Shown: piece by piece, positions 25,373-39,258 of the stretch
How positions within the stretch are numbered: position 1 is the stretch's first letter
How the letters are laid out: each line of letters starts with the position of its first letter
Program-made: the position numbers and the translations under genes
The notes under the pieces: generated by a model
Databases searched by the model: none
What the model saw: only the letters and a program-made list of their open reading frames with translations
Told to the model about the DNA's origin: nothing
Assembly: GCA_964016885.1 (NCBI GenBank)
Contig: OZ024741.1
Span: 317,316,001 to 317,380,000, forward strand
Direction of reading: 5' to 3'
From: Eledone cirrhosa
Lineage: Eukaryota
Length of the DNA: 64,000 bases

Positions 25373-25806
25373 CACGTGTGTGTATGTATATTCATACGTT
25401 CATAAAAATACGTTCATATTTCTACATATCAACACAATACAGATAGAGATACATGCACACATTAAATTGTGTGTGGGGTGGGGTACCAAGGTGTATCTGT
25501 GAACGTGAGAAGGACAAATGTATGCGATTGAGAAGAGAGAGGGTGAGAAAGAGATTTGGTGTTGACTATAACACACCTGCACAACATCTCAGAAGATTTA
25601 ATGTTGTTTTAGATCAAATTTATACATTATATATTTCACACTTTACGATGATTGAAAAAAACAGCCGGAAAAATATAACAATTTTAATTATATATAGATA
25701 AAAAGAATGTGAAAAGCAAAAATTATAAAAGACTTCACACGCCAAAGACGTAAATAAATACGGACATACGTGTGTAAATGCACACGTTTTAAAATACTCA
25801 TACATA

Positions 25807-25866
<60 letters not shown>

Positions 25867-25898
25867 TGCGTGTGTGTGTGTGCGCGTGTGTGCGCGTG

Positions 25899-25930
<32 letters not shown>

Positions 25931-25932
25931 CA

Positions 25933-25964
<32 letters not shown>

Positions 25965-26119
25965 CGTGTGTGTGTGTGTTTAAATATATTAGCAGTTGTA
26001 TGTTTTTGTTCGAAGAGCGATTTGAAAAGAAAATGTTTTTGAATAGTGTGTGCATGCGTGTCTATACATATGAATATATATACATACATACATATCTGAG
26101 TACATATATAAATATCTGA

Positions 26120-26173
<54 letters not shown>

Positions 26174-26177
<4 letters not shown>

Positions 26178-26268
26178 GGTGTCCCAAAAAATGTATACAC
26201 CATTCAAATAAATATTGCCTGTACAGGTAATTAAAATATGTATACATTTGGGGGGGGGGGCAGCCTGT
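26174..26268. mobile_element. Small Tc1/mariner-type MITE
   Basis: ta-cagggtgtcccaaaaaatgtatac ... gtatacatttggggg..gcagcctg terminal inverted repeats. Confidence 0.6.
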
Positions 26269-26295
26269 GTATATGCACACACACACACACACACT

Positions 26296-26349
<54 letters not shown>

Positions 26350-26695
26350 ATGGCTACAAACTCTGCTAAGAGTACTGCCATCGCTTGTCAGATTATAGAG
26401 TTTGATGCACTTTTTGGCTACCGCCAGCCACACGGACCGGTAACATGTCCTGAACAAGCAACGCCTGTGCTTTGAAGGTTGTTTTTTTAAGTGGGGAAAG
26501 GCCTTGCATTCGACTAATCCCACTCTCTGAGCATCGAAAACACGACCCGAAAAGGAGAACTAGTCAACATCATCGGATGCTTCCGGAGCCGCAGAGTGTC
26601 CCTCTCCTAGAAAGGTGTTATATATATATATATACATGTACAAATGCATACAAATATGTGTATATGTATGTACAGCTGAGTATATACATTATATA

Positions 26696-27830
26696 TACTA
26701 GCAGAAAAACCCCCCTTCGGTGGTTTTCTGCTAGCATGTGTAGTGTACATATTGATATTCTTGGTTGTCCATCGTAAACGATGATGACATCTTCTTTATT
26801 GTTGTTCTCGTCTGCCGTGGGCACGAAGGTGGCTGTGTAGGCCGATCTTTGACTTGCAGGTCCGGGGACAGTGGGGGCAGGGGAAGAGACCGGAGTCACA
26901 CTGGCAACTCCCAGAGGTTACCTCCACCTCTCCCACATCGCCGCATGGCTTAGTGAGTGCACGCTAAAGAAGAAACCTGTGCGGGAAAGGTTTATAGTGG
27001 GAGGGACAGTGCACAGTGACGGTCCCACTCACTCGGCCGTAGAAGCCAGAATCCGGTGGTACGGAGGACCGTCACGACCAGAGACTTCCTTGGCTGCAGT
27101 GGATGGCCACGACGTCGTTGATATTATACGCAAATATATATACATATAGATATGATACGTCAAATAAAATCGTAATTGACTATACAGGGTGCGGACGATA
27201 TTTGTTCGCAATTTTCAACTGCTAATTTTATGCAAATTTTTTTTACTTCCGTTCTCACTCTTGTCTTCATAAAAACAGTGACTATATTTCCATTATTTAT
27301 TTTCAGAATAATTGATTATAAATAATTTTGAACCTCTAAATTTGTGGAAAAGACACGGAGTTCTTCTTGGAATCCGCGCAATACACAGAAATTGAACGAA
27401 GTCTGTGTTACACTATCTTCTGTAATCAGTAAAGTAATCCATGATACATTAAAAAAAGACAATATTATATATAAACTGCATATATGATAAACTAAAATAC
27501 TATGAACAAGGAGAAAATTAGCGACGGAAATATAAACCTTATATAACGATGCGAATATATGAACGTTTATATAAGCGATGTGATGAGTGTTAGTTATGAT
27601 ATAAGGGACACTAACCGGAAGTATTGACATTTGAAAATTTTAAAGAAGTGAATGTTAAAATAAGCAATACTTTATATATAAGAATATTTATGTTTAATGA
27701 AGAGCTACGAAATTTAGTAGATAAATTACATAATATTCATTCATTATTTATTCAAAGTAATCAAACTTATTTTACTAACGGGATAAAAAAATATAAAACG
27801 GACGCTGTCCCACACTCCTCCCTTTATTAT
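26696..27830 (-). mobile_element. Non-autonomous Helitron-like repeat with nested insertions
   Basis: Terminal hairpin ending CTAG|T on the minus strand; colinear with the uninterrupted copy at 61209-61690. Confidence 0.55.
26760..27117 (-). mobile_element. RTE-like 3' fragment with 8 bp target site duplication
   Basis: ttgatatt at 26752 and 27118; single copy of this octamer at the empty site near 61264. Confidence 0.7.
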
Positions 27831-28098
27831 AAGATGTTAAGAAACTTACAAATGTATAGCTGACGAAAAACACCATCAAATTCAGATATACATATCACAT
27901 ACATTCCTTCAGCTGATGAGACAGAAGCAAACCCACATCGCAATCATTTATTCCCGGAAAATATATAATAGATAGTTCTGGGGAAGATATTGTCTCACTA
28001 CGTCTCGGTAATCCTCGGGCGTAATATTTATAAATGGCTAGATTTTACTAAGTATATATCGGGGTGTATCCTCTCCACTAAAATTATTTGTTTACGCA

Positions 28099-28368
28099 AT
28101 GAAACATTCCCAGCACCGTTATGTAACTACCCTTGCAAACAAGACCTGGCAACTGAGGGAAAGTAACCATCAATACACCCTGAAGTGGAAAAAATTATCG
28201 AACGCGCCCCCATATCGGAGTGGTATGAGAAGCTGTCGATTATGCGACCTTGAGCTGTTCCACATCTTAAGTTCGAAGAATAGGTTACTCAACAATAAAA
28301 TTGAGAGATCAATTTATTGTAACCATAGACTCAAAGAGAAATTTTCGCACTACAAATCGAACCGTTAA
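28099..28368 (+). pseudogene. Penelope-like GIY-YIG endonuclease C-terminal fragment
   Basis: TTLANKTWQL..LKW..PY..CRLC..E..I..LN..E..C.H motif. Confidence 0.75.
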
Positions 28369-28621
28369 CCTCTTACTACCAACTGACAAACTGCATATAC
28401 TTAGACTTTATACCCTCTTATATCTAAACCCTTTAATTACCCACAAAACCATTACATATATCCCCCTCTTCTCCCTCATTCCTCTTCTATTTCTTCGTTT
28501 TCTTCCTTCCCCCTTCTTGGCTATCTTTTCTTTTCTTCTTTCTCACCCCCTTCTTTGCTTTTATTTTTGTCCTTATTATCTTTATTTTTATTTTTTATAT
28601 ATATATATGTATGTGTATGTA

Positions 28622-28696
<75 letters not shown>

Positions 28697-29168
28697 CTCT
28701 TTATATCTCCCCCCCCCCCCCTCTCTCTCTCTCTCCCTCTCTATCCATCCCTCCCACTATTATCTATTTAATTCTCTTTAACTCACTACACTCCACGACA
28801 TGATGTCTGCTATCAAAACTGAGCAAAGAATCCTTCCACCTCTACCCCTCCCACCATCTCAGTTTGTCATTCTACTACCTACCTCTTCCCCCTTCCTCTC
28901 TCTCTATACTATGCCGTCTGTCCCCTCACCTCCTGATTCCTCTCTCTCTATACTAGTAAATACAATTCCAAATAAATGTTTTTCTCTATATATTAAGAAT
29001 GATTTCAAGAGTAACTCACTATTTTGAAAATTTGGACTGTGAACAACAATTATAATTGAGTGGCTGCTATTTGCAGTATAGCAATATAAGGCTGCACTTA
29101 CCAATGAAACGGTCGTAAATACCTGGATAAAATCCTTCTCTTAATGCTTACCTGTGTTTTCTCTTTTA

Positions 29169-29208
<40 letters not shown>

Positions 29209-29616
29209 TGACAGAATAACCATGTTGCTTGTTTTTCTTTCCATCTTCGGTTAGCTTTCCCCTGTGTTGTTTACTTGTCTCACTCGCTTTACGCGTTTCA
29301 CTTGTCCCAATAACTTATTTTAGTTATTGTCGCACCAACGTGAGGTATATGATTTTTAATGCGATGAAATACCAATGATCGTTGGCAAATCACTGATGAG
29401 GGACTCATTTTATAATATGTAATCCATGTGCAACCATGCAGTATTCTTCTCCCCATATTTTTCATATATATATATATATATATGTAGAAGTTATATTTAA
29501 TTTGTTGGGATTCCAACAAACTTAAATGTTTATAACTGATATAGAACACTCAATAGATTACTGAAGTAAATATTCAATATATTAATAAATGGAAACTATA
29601 TTTATAAAACCATAAT

Positions 29617-29681
29617 TATTTTATTATATATATTTCAATGGCGACCAAGCCAATCTTGGTGCGCTTTCATCAGATAAAATA
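29617..29681 (-). ncRNA. Hammerhead ribozyme motif in a diverged copy (29480-29870) of the 19 kb family
   Basis: tattttat-CTGATGA-aagcgcaccaag/cttggtcgccatt-GAAA-TATATA-TA-ataaaata. Confidence 0.78.
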
Positions 29682-29993
29682 CAAAATTTGTTTTATAAAT
29701 AGTGACATAACCATGGAAACCAACCTTGACGGTTGAAAATTCGCTGGATAGGAAAATTTATTAAGGGTAATTCAAAGTTATGTGTGAATATGCAAATGAA
29801 TGTCCGAAAAATTGAAAAAATAACCGTTTATCCGAATTACGCTGTGGGAAGAAGAGAGAGAAAAGTAAAATATTACTGTTAAGGGATATATGTAGAAATA
29901 GAGTGAAATATATATATACATATACATATATCTATTTATTTATTTATTTATATACACATATATTTGTATACATACACATATACATACATACAT

Positions 29994-30074
<81 letters not shown>

Positions 30075-30719
30075 GTGTGTGTGTGTGTCGATATTTGCCA
30101 TTGTATCAATTACCTATATATTGAAAACAGTAATTGGAAGGCAAATATGTAAATTCATTAGAAAATTCTAATTAGTCTGAGTTCAGATTTAATTAACTGC
30201 TTTTGAAGCACTGTCTGACTAATTGCTTTTAGATTTAAATATAGAAAGATTTCCTCAAATGTCATTACTTTGACCTGGGGTCAGCTTCCGAAAGTGTCTC
30301 GTTAATTATTCTAGGACCCCATCTTACGCGGTTGTGAACTTAAATGGGTGGAAACTATTTTTTAAGAAAATAAATTTAAAAAAATGTCAAACTCTTAACG
30401 TTCTATTCCCCATGAAACAACACACCCTAACGTAAGGAAGAAAAGATTACTCTTTAGCACTCATTTTTGTCCAGAGTTTTTTTTTTTCAACATCTAGTGA
30501 TTCTGATGTTATGTCTTTCCCAGCACATTGACGTTCATAGGCACTTTTAGAAACAAAGGTCTTGGACATACGCGGTTTTTTTAGTAAAGCAATGGTCTGG
30601 TGAGTAGAGTTCTTCTTTTGTAGTAGAATATCATCATATTGGATTTCGTTGAACATTCAAACACGCTATAGTCATAAAAAATGTTGAAAGATAAAAACAA
30701 ATGGCGAAGTTTAGTGCTT

Positions 30720-31307
<588 letters not shown>

Positions 31308-31308
31308 C

Positions 31309-31571
31309 TTAATTAGTTCATTGTTAAACAATCGTTTCAGAGGGTTCATTGACCATGATAGATCAATATAGTGACTAATCTATTGTAGTTATGGAACTCC
31401 ATATTATTAGTTTCAATACTATAAATCCATCTCGCCCTCTTCGTCAGAGATGGACCTATGGTATCAAGACTAATAATATGAACTTGTATAACTACAATCG
31501 ATTAGTTCCTATATCGATTTATCATAGTCAATCGACATTTTGAAACGATCGTATAACAATGGACTAATTAA
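31309..31571. repeat. Diverged fold-back hairpin containing a hammerhead core
   Basis: Minus: CTGACGA-agaggg...ccctct-GAAA-CGATTG-TT; the right arm has GAAACGATCGTA. Confidence 0.75.
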
Positions 31572-31606
31572 GCACTAAACTTCGCCTTTTTATTATCCAA
31601 TATACA

Positions 31607-31683
<77 letters not shown>

Positions 31684-31695
31684 AATAATAATAAT

Positions 31696-31882
31696 AATTG
31701 TTTCTACTTTAGGCACAAGGCCAGCAATTATCCAGTACATTAATGGTACTTTATTTTATCGACCCCGTAAGGATGAAAGGCAAAGTTAACCTCGGCGGGA
31801 TTTGAACTCAGACTGTAAAGGGACGTAACTATGCTAGAAAGCTTGACGTCCAACCCTCTACAGATACTGCCAGTTCACCGAC
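31696..31882 (-). mobile_element. tRNA-derived SINE
   Basis: Box B GAGTTCAAATCC on minus; (TTA)n tail; same family as 52302-52527. Confidence 0.8.
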
Positions 31883-31883
31883 C

Positions 31884-31929
<46 letters not shown>

Positions 31930-31932
<3 letters not shown>

Positions 31933-33256
31933 TGACACTGAAGAAGGATACAAGTATTTGGGTGTTCTGGAGGCTGATGACATCAAGAACAAAAAAAATG
32001 AAGGAATTGATAAGATCTGAATACATTCGGAGAGTAAGGAGGGTATTAAAGTCACATCTGAACAGTAGGAATGCCATAAGTGCAGTAAATTCCCGAGCTG
32101 TGTCTATTATTAGGTACAGTGCGGGAATTCTGAGATAGAATGTTGCTGAACAAAAAGAAATGGATAGGAAGACTAGGAAGCTATTGACTATCTACAACAT
32201 GTTCCACAAGAGGAGTGATGTCGATAGACTCTACTTAAGGAGATCTGAAGGTGGAAGAGGTCTTATCAGCATAGAGGACTGTGTTCAGATGGAGAAAAAC
32301 AACCTACACAAATACGTGACTGATAGTAAGGAGCCAATGTTCAGAACTGTACTGAAGGAGAGGACAATAGACCAGGAGATATCCAAGGAGGAAATAACAA
32401 CAAGGAGAAAGAGCAGCCTTCATGAAAAATCCCTTCATAGTACCTTCTTTGAGAAAACTGAATTCAGAGATCCACAGACATGGAACTGGTTGAAAAGAGG
32501 AGACCTTAAAAAGGTTACAGAAGGAATGCTAATGGCTGTGCAAGCGCAGGCCCTCAAAACGAAGTGGTTGAAACACCATATTTACAAGGAGGAGGCTAGC
32601 CCACTGTGCAGGATCTGTGGAGAGAGAGAGGAGACTGTGGCTCACATTGTATCCGAGTGTAAACACCTAGCCCAGACTCACTATAAGGGCTGGAGACATG
32701 ATGTGATGGGCAGGGTGATCCACTGGCACCTATGCAAAGTAAACAATTTACCACATTCTGAGAAGTGGTATGAGCATAAGCCAGAGGCGGTGATAGAAAA
32801 CGATCAGGTGAAGGTGCTGTGGGATTTTAGGATACAGACGGACAAGAAACTGGAACACAATAGACCTGACCAGGTGGTTTTGGACAAAGAAAAAAGATCG
32901 TGCCTGATTGTAGATGTGGCCTGCCCATTCGACACGAGAGTGCAAGAGAAGGAGAGGGAGAAAATTAACCGATACCAGGACTTAAAGTGGGAGGTAAAAA
33001 GGATTTGGAACTGCCATGAAGTCAAAGTGGTCCCGATTGTCATAGGCGCACTAGGTACTATCTCAAAAAGTTTCCAGGGATGGTTAAAGAAAATTGGCTC
33101 CTTCACGCTTTTTGGAACGCTTCAAAAGGCATGCTTGCTGGGAACAGCAAGAACCCTCCGATACGTCCTGAATATCTGAGGCTGCAGGTAGTGGCTTGAT
33201 ATTCATTTCAACAAACTTTCCAGTTAACTAACATCACTGACTGAGACTCAAAGAGT
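31930..33256 (+). mobile_element. R4/Dong-like RLE non-LTR element, family A, 5'-truncated
   Basis: YKYLG, GGRGL, CRICG..ETVAHIVSEC, RHD, RPD..D..P..K..Y (ORF 32160-33179); (TAA)n on both sides. Confidence 0.9.
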
Positions 33257-33289
33257 AATAACAATAATATAATAATAATAATAATAATA

Positions 33290-34760
33290 AAAACTTACAA
33301 ATATCTAGGTGTTTGTGAAGGAGACGAAATCAAGCACTCGACAATGAGGGAAAGGATAAGGAAGGAATGTTACCACAGAGTGAGAGCAATCTTAAGAACG
33401 GAATTGAATGCAAGGAATAGGATCGATGCCATAAACACGCTTGCCATACCAGTAGTAACCTACAGTTACAATGTCATCAACTGGTCAAGCACAGAGATCC
33501 GTAGGCTCGATGAAAAAATTCGAAAATTCTTAACCATGCACAGAATGCATCACCCTAAAGCAGATATAGATAGAATATATCTCCCTAGGAAAGAAGGAGG
33601 ACGTGGGTTAATCCAGTTAGACATTGCGTTGAAAACTGCAACAATTGGATTATCTACATATCTAAGGGAATCACATGATTGGATGATCAAACTCGTTTTG
33701 AAACACGAAAGCATCAAAAGATCATATTCCATTACAAAAGATGCACAAAGATACAGTAATGGACTACAAATTTCAGAAGTCCCATTTACTGCTGAAATGG
33801 AAAACACAGAAAAAGCAAAGCAGGTAAAAGAAAGAACTGCTACAGAAACTGGCTAAGAAATGGCAAGAAAAGCCTCTGTATGGAAAATACCGAGAGCGAG
33901 CTAACAATCCTGATATTGACAAAACTTTAACCCATCAGTGGTTGGCATCCTCTGGACTGAAATCGGAGACTGAAGGACTGATTATATCGGCACAAGATCA
34001 GTGTCTGCCAACAAAAAATTACCAAGCCGACATAATAAAAAATGGGTGCAGCCCATTATGCCGTGTATGCAAGAAACTACCAGAGACCATTTAATTTCAA
34101 TGTGCAGTCCTATAGCTCCAACCGAATACCTAAACAGGCATGACAGAGCTGCACAATACATACATTGGATAATGTGTAAGCATTTTGACCTTCCCCATCA
34201 AAAGAATTGGTGGGAGCATCAACCACCTCCCATACTTGAAAAAGATCACATCTCAATCTTGTGGAACTTTAGCATCCAAACAGACCGAAAAATAGATGCA
34301 AATAGACCTGATATAATATTGAAGGACTTCAAAAAGAGGGTATGCCTGCTAATTGATATGTCTGTTCCAATAGACAAGAATGTATCTATAAAAACATTTG
34401 AAAAATTGATCAAGTATAAGGACCTGGAGATAGAAATTGGAAAAATGTGGAAATTGAGAACTAAAACAATACCAGTGGTTGTAGGCGCTCTGGGAATGAT
34501 ACCTAAGGGGTCTAATGATTACTTATCGCAAATCCCAGGAAACCCGCGAATAGGAGAAATACAAAAGATAGTACTAATGGGAACTGCCCATATACTAAGG
34601 AAGATTCTGTCAATATAAGTACATCACAAGTCTAAACACTAAAGATGCATGTGTGAGTATGTAAGCTCTTTCTTGAACATGGCGGACCTTGTCTCTTGAG
34701 GTCACTGGTTGTGACTTGGTGATAACTCGTATGAACATAAAGCAAGATAAATGCAACTGT
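33290..34760 (+). mobile_element. R4/Dong-like element, family B, 5'-truncated
   Basis: Near-identical to 46748-48240, with two small frameshifting deletions; (TAA)n on both sides. Confidence 0.9.
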
Positions 34761-35187
34761 AATAATAATAATAATAATAACAGATGGTGGATAGAAGGTC
34801 GAGAAATCGCTCCCGTAAGTTTTGATTTTTTAACATATTTAAATCAATTGTGAAATAACAATTCTTAGTACAAATGTTGCATAAAACATCCAGCTTGAGT
34901 TCCAAAAAAATTCGGATCCACAATATATTGTTATATCGCTCAAATATTCAATTTTGTATTATACATTTTATATTCAAAAAGAAAATGGTTATAAATGAAA
35001 GAAAACCCCTCTGTCTACACTATATAGAACAGCCAAATAACAGCAATTTCACCAACATCAGAAACTAGATACACCACCTACCCCATCACCCTTCTGTGTA
35101 CACTAAACACAACAGCCCGATAACGGCAATTTCACCACCACCACCACCACTCTCAGCATAATAATAATAATTACTATTACTATTGCC

Positions 35188-36445
35188 TCAAGTTTTAGTT
35201 TTAACAAAATGTTTAATTCCAATATTATGGGTAAATGTCAACACATATACGCAACTAACGATAATTTCACTAAAGATAATTTCACCACCAATACCACCAC
35301 CACTACCACGATGAAAACTCTGGTCAAGTCGACTCAAATGTCTACTCCAACTTCAACACCATCACTACAGTAATACGACCACATCACCACCACCGCTGCC
35401 TCACTATCGCTACCGCCGCTATTCTCTCCCACTACCTCCTGCTAGTTGCTGCTAGCACAGCACCGCCACCGCCGCCGCTGCCTCAATATAACTACCGCCG
35501 CTATTCTCTCCCGCTTCCCCTGCTACATTGTAGAATTCCCACTAAAAGAGGAAAACATCAAAATATATAAATAGACTGAATTGATGACCTGGTCAAAATA
35601 AAAAAAATAAAAATAAAAAAATAAAAATCAAGTTTTAGTTTTAACAAAATGTTTAATTCCAATATTATGGGTAAATGTCAACACATATGCGCGACTAACG
35701 ATAATTTCACTAAAGATAATTTCACCACCAATACCACTACCACTACCACGATGAAAACTCTGGTCAAGTCGACTCAAATTTCTACTCCAACTTCAACACC
35801 ATCACTACAGTAATACGACCACATCACCACCACCGCTGCCTCACTATCGCCACCGCCGCCGCTGCCTCAATATCACTACCGCCGCTATTCTCTCCCGCTA
35901 CCCCCTGCTACATTGTAGAATTCTCACTAAAAGAGGAAAACATCGAAATATATAAATAGACTGAATTGATGACCCGGTCAAAAAAAAAAAAAACAATAAT
36001 CAAAATCAAGTTTTAGTTTTAACAAAGTGTTTAATTCCAATAATATGGGTAAATGTCAACGCATATACGCGACTAACGATAATTTCACTAAAGATAATTT
36101 CACCACCAATACCACCACCACTACCACGATGAAAACTCTGGTCAAGTCGACTCAAATTTCTACTCCAACTTCAACACCATCACTACAGTAATACGACCAC
36201 ATCACCACCACCGCTGCCTCACTATCGCTACCACCGCTATTCTCTCCCACTACCTCCTGCTAGTTGCTGCTAGCACAGCACCGCCACCACCACCGCCGCC
36301 GCTGCCTCAATATCACTACCGCCGCTATTCCCTCCCGCTATCCTCTGCTACATTGTAGAATTCCCACTAAAAGAGGAAAACATCAAAATATATAAATAGA
36401 CTGAATTGATGACCCGGTCAAAATTTAAAAAAAAAAAAAAAAATC
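35188..36445. repeat. Three tandem units of ~380-440 bp, each ending in an A-run
   Basis: tcaagttttagttttaacaaa at ~35188, 35628 and 36007; each unit ends gaattgatgacc(t/c)ggtcaaaa(A)n. Confidence 0.9.
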
Positions 36446-36629
36446 AAAGCAGCACAGCAACAACGAAAAACGTAAAGGAAATAAAAATGAAGAGAAAAAC
36501 AAACGGACGGACAGAGAAGGGAAGAGAAAAACTAAGTCAGACATTCAAACACTACATTACAATGAAACTTATGCTTATTTATTTTAGGGGGTTTTTCTGC
36601 CTGTTTGTTTGTTTGTTTGTGTGGGTTCG

Positions 36630-39258
36630 TCTACAGCGTGATAATGCCACACAAAAGTCACGTGGAGTGACGAAACCACCGGAGACAAGTAATTCACCGG
36701 TGGTTATGTAACCATACATTCGCCAATCCTCGATAAGAGTGTTTAAATGTCGAACCTAAACAGTTCGAATAACGGTGAAATGGAGACTAGAACGTCATGT
36801 GACAGACTCTCACCCAACAGGTACTCCCTGGCTCAGCAGCAGGGACCTGGCTGTCAACCAAATACTGCTGGTGTCGGAGGAAGAAGAAGAAGGAAAGGGA
36901 CCAGAACCAACTGGACGAAATAATTGAATAGAACTGTTATACAATGTTACCTGAAAAGTAACCCCAAGGAGAGGGGCTATAGGAGACGGATGCATAACAT
37001 CTGGAACGAGATTGGTCTATTTAAATTAGATGAACAAAAATTGGCCGGGCAGGCTCGGGTAATAAGAACTAATGGGTGGATAAGCGAGCTGGAACTGGAG
37101 GAACTGAGCAGAGAGATTAGCTTGGAGATGGAGGGTGGAGTGTGCCAGGCAAACGAGCCAGTGGGAAATGAAGGTGAAGAGGTCGAGAGAACGGAGGAAC
37201 CACCCGAAGCAGACAATGATCTGAATACTGAGATAAATAATACCTGGAACAGAGATACGGCCACTGAGGAGATGAATGCTGACGGGCTAGGACAAGATTT
37301 GGTTGACATCCTAAATTTAGTGGTAGATGAATTGAACAATGATAGTGGGAGACCTATGAACCTAAGATTTGTAGACAGGAAAAAGTTAAAAGAAACAACA
37401 GCTAAGGTAAACAAAGTCATCCCATACCTTGAGGCGAGGAGCTTTCACCAGCGCAACAATATCCTCAAAGCAACAGTAAATACGGTGAGGAAACTACTTG
37501 GTATAAAAGCGAGAGGAAACAACAGACAAGAAAGAGCAGAGCCTTGGTGGAAGAAACGACTGAGTGGTCAAATCAGGGAAATGAGAAATGACATTGGAAA
37601 GCTTGAGTCACTACTGAATGGGACACTAAAAAACATAGACACTAAAAATAGACTGGAAATAAAGTACAAAACTAGGAGGAAAAAGCTAAATATTATCATA
37701 TAGGAACTGAAGCAACGCATTGTATCAAAGAGTGCAAAAATCAGGCGATACAAGAACAGAGTCAGTCAGTATAAACAGAACTGCATGTTCGACAACAACC
37801 AGAAGATGCTGTTTAGACAGCTTGAGGGGAAAGAAAGAGTCAACGACTTGATCCCTGAGGCGGAACAAACTAAAACATTCTGGAGAGGAATATGGGAGAA
37901 GGATGTTAGACATAATGACCAGGCAGTGTGGATTGAGACAGTACAGAAGGAGATCAGTGAACAGCCACACCAACAAACTGATTTGAGTATCACAGTTGAA
38001 ACTCTTAAGGGGCAGGCCAAAAAACTAACCAACTGGAAATCACCAAGCCCAGATGGTGTGCAGGGGTATTGGATTAAAAATATAACATCCCTCCACCCGA
38101 AACTGACAACCATGTTCAATGACTGCTTGATGTCAGGTGAGGTACCAGAGTGGTTGACAAAAGGTACCACAGTTCTGATAATGAAAGACCGAATCAAGGG
38201 TAATGATGTTACCAACTATAGACCTATCACATGTCTGTCCGTAATGTGGAAACTGTTGACGAGCATTGTGTCTGAGGAAATCTACCATCACCTCCACACA
38301 AACAACTTGTTACCGGACGAACAGAAAGGATGCCGAAAGAAGTCACGTGGTACAAAGGACCAGTTACTTATTGATAAGATGGTAATGGGGAATTGCAGGA
38401 GGAGACACACTGATCTTGCCATAGGATGGATAGACTACAGAAAGGCATTTGACATGGTGCCTCATTCTTGGATCACCAAAAGCCTGGAGATCTTCAAGGT
38501 GGCAGATAACATCAGACAGTTGTTGGGCAAAAGTATGAGGTCCTGGGAAACAGAGTTGACATCAACGGGAGAATCCTTGGGAAGCGTGAAGATCAAGAGA
38601 GGTATCTTCCAGGGAGATAGCCTGTCCCCTCTGCTGTTTGTCCTTGCCCTGATGCCCCTGACCAGTGTACTGCGAAAAGTGAGAGCAGGATACAGGTTGG
38701 GAAAGGGAGGGCTTACCATCAATCACCTCCTCTTCATGGACGATCTTAAGCTCTTCGGGAAGAGTGAGAAGGAGTTGGATGTACTTGTTGACACTGTCCG
38801 TATTTTCAGCAGTGGTATATGTATGCAGTTTGGTATTAGTAAGTGTGGAGTCATTGTGATGAGGAGGGGTAGGTTGAGCAGAAGTAACGGAATCCAGATA
38901 CCAACAGGTGAGATGATAAAGGAAATTGACTCTGAGGAAGGATACAAGTATTTGGGCGTTCTGGAGGTTGATGGCATAAAGAACAAAAAAATGAAGGAAT
39001 TGTTAAGAACTGAATACTTTCGGAGAGTAAGGAGCGTATTGAAGTCACATCTGAACAGCAGAAATGCCATAAGTGCAGTAAATTCCCGAGCTGTGTCTAT
39101 TATTAGGTACAGTGCGGGAATTCTGAGATGGAATGTTGCTGAACAAAAAGAAATGGATAGGAGGACTAGGAAGCTATTGACTATCTACAACATGTTCCAC
39201 AAGAGGAGTGATGTCGATAGACTCTACTTAAGGAGATCTGAGGGTGGAAGATGTCTTA
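36630..39258 (+). mobile_element. R4/Dong-like element, family A, 5' portion, 3'-truncated
   Basis: ORFs 36924-37703 and 37785-39258 in one frame split by one TAG; NYRPITCL, EQKG, DYRKAFD, GIFQGDSLSP, FMDD, YKYLG. Confidence 0.9.

Noticed and set aside
27860-28030. CTGACGA and CTGATGA motifs (also 51954, 63130, 63902)
   Set aside because: No correctly placed GAAA/stem III/NUH with a pairing stem I.
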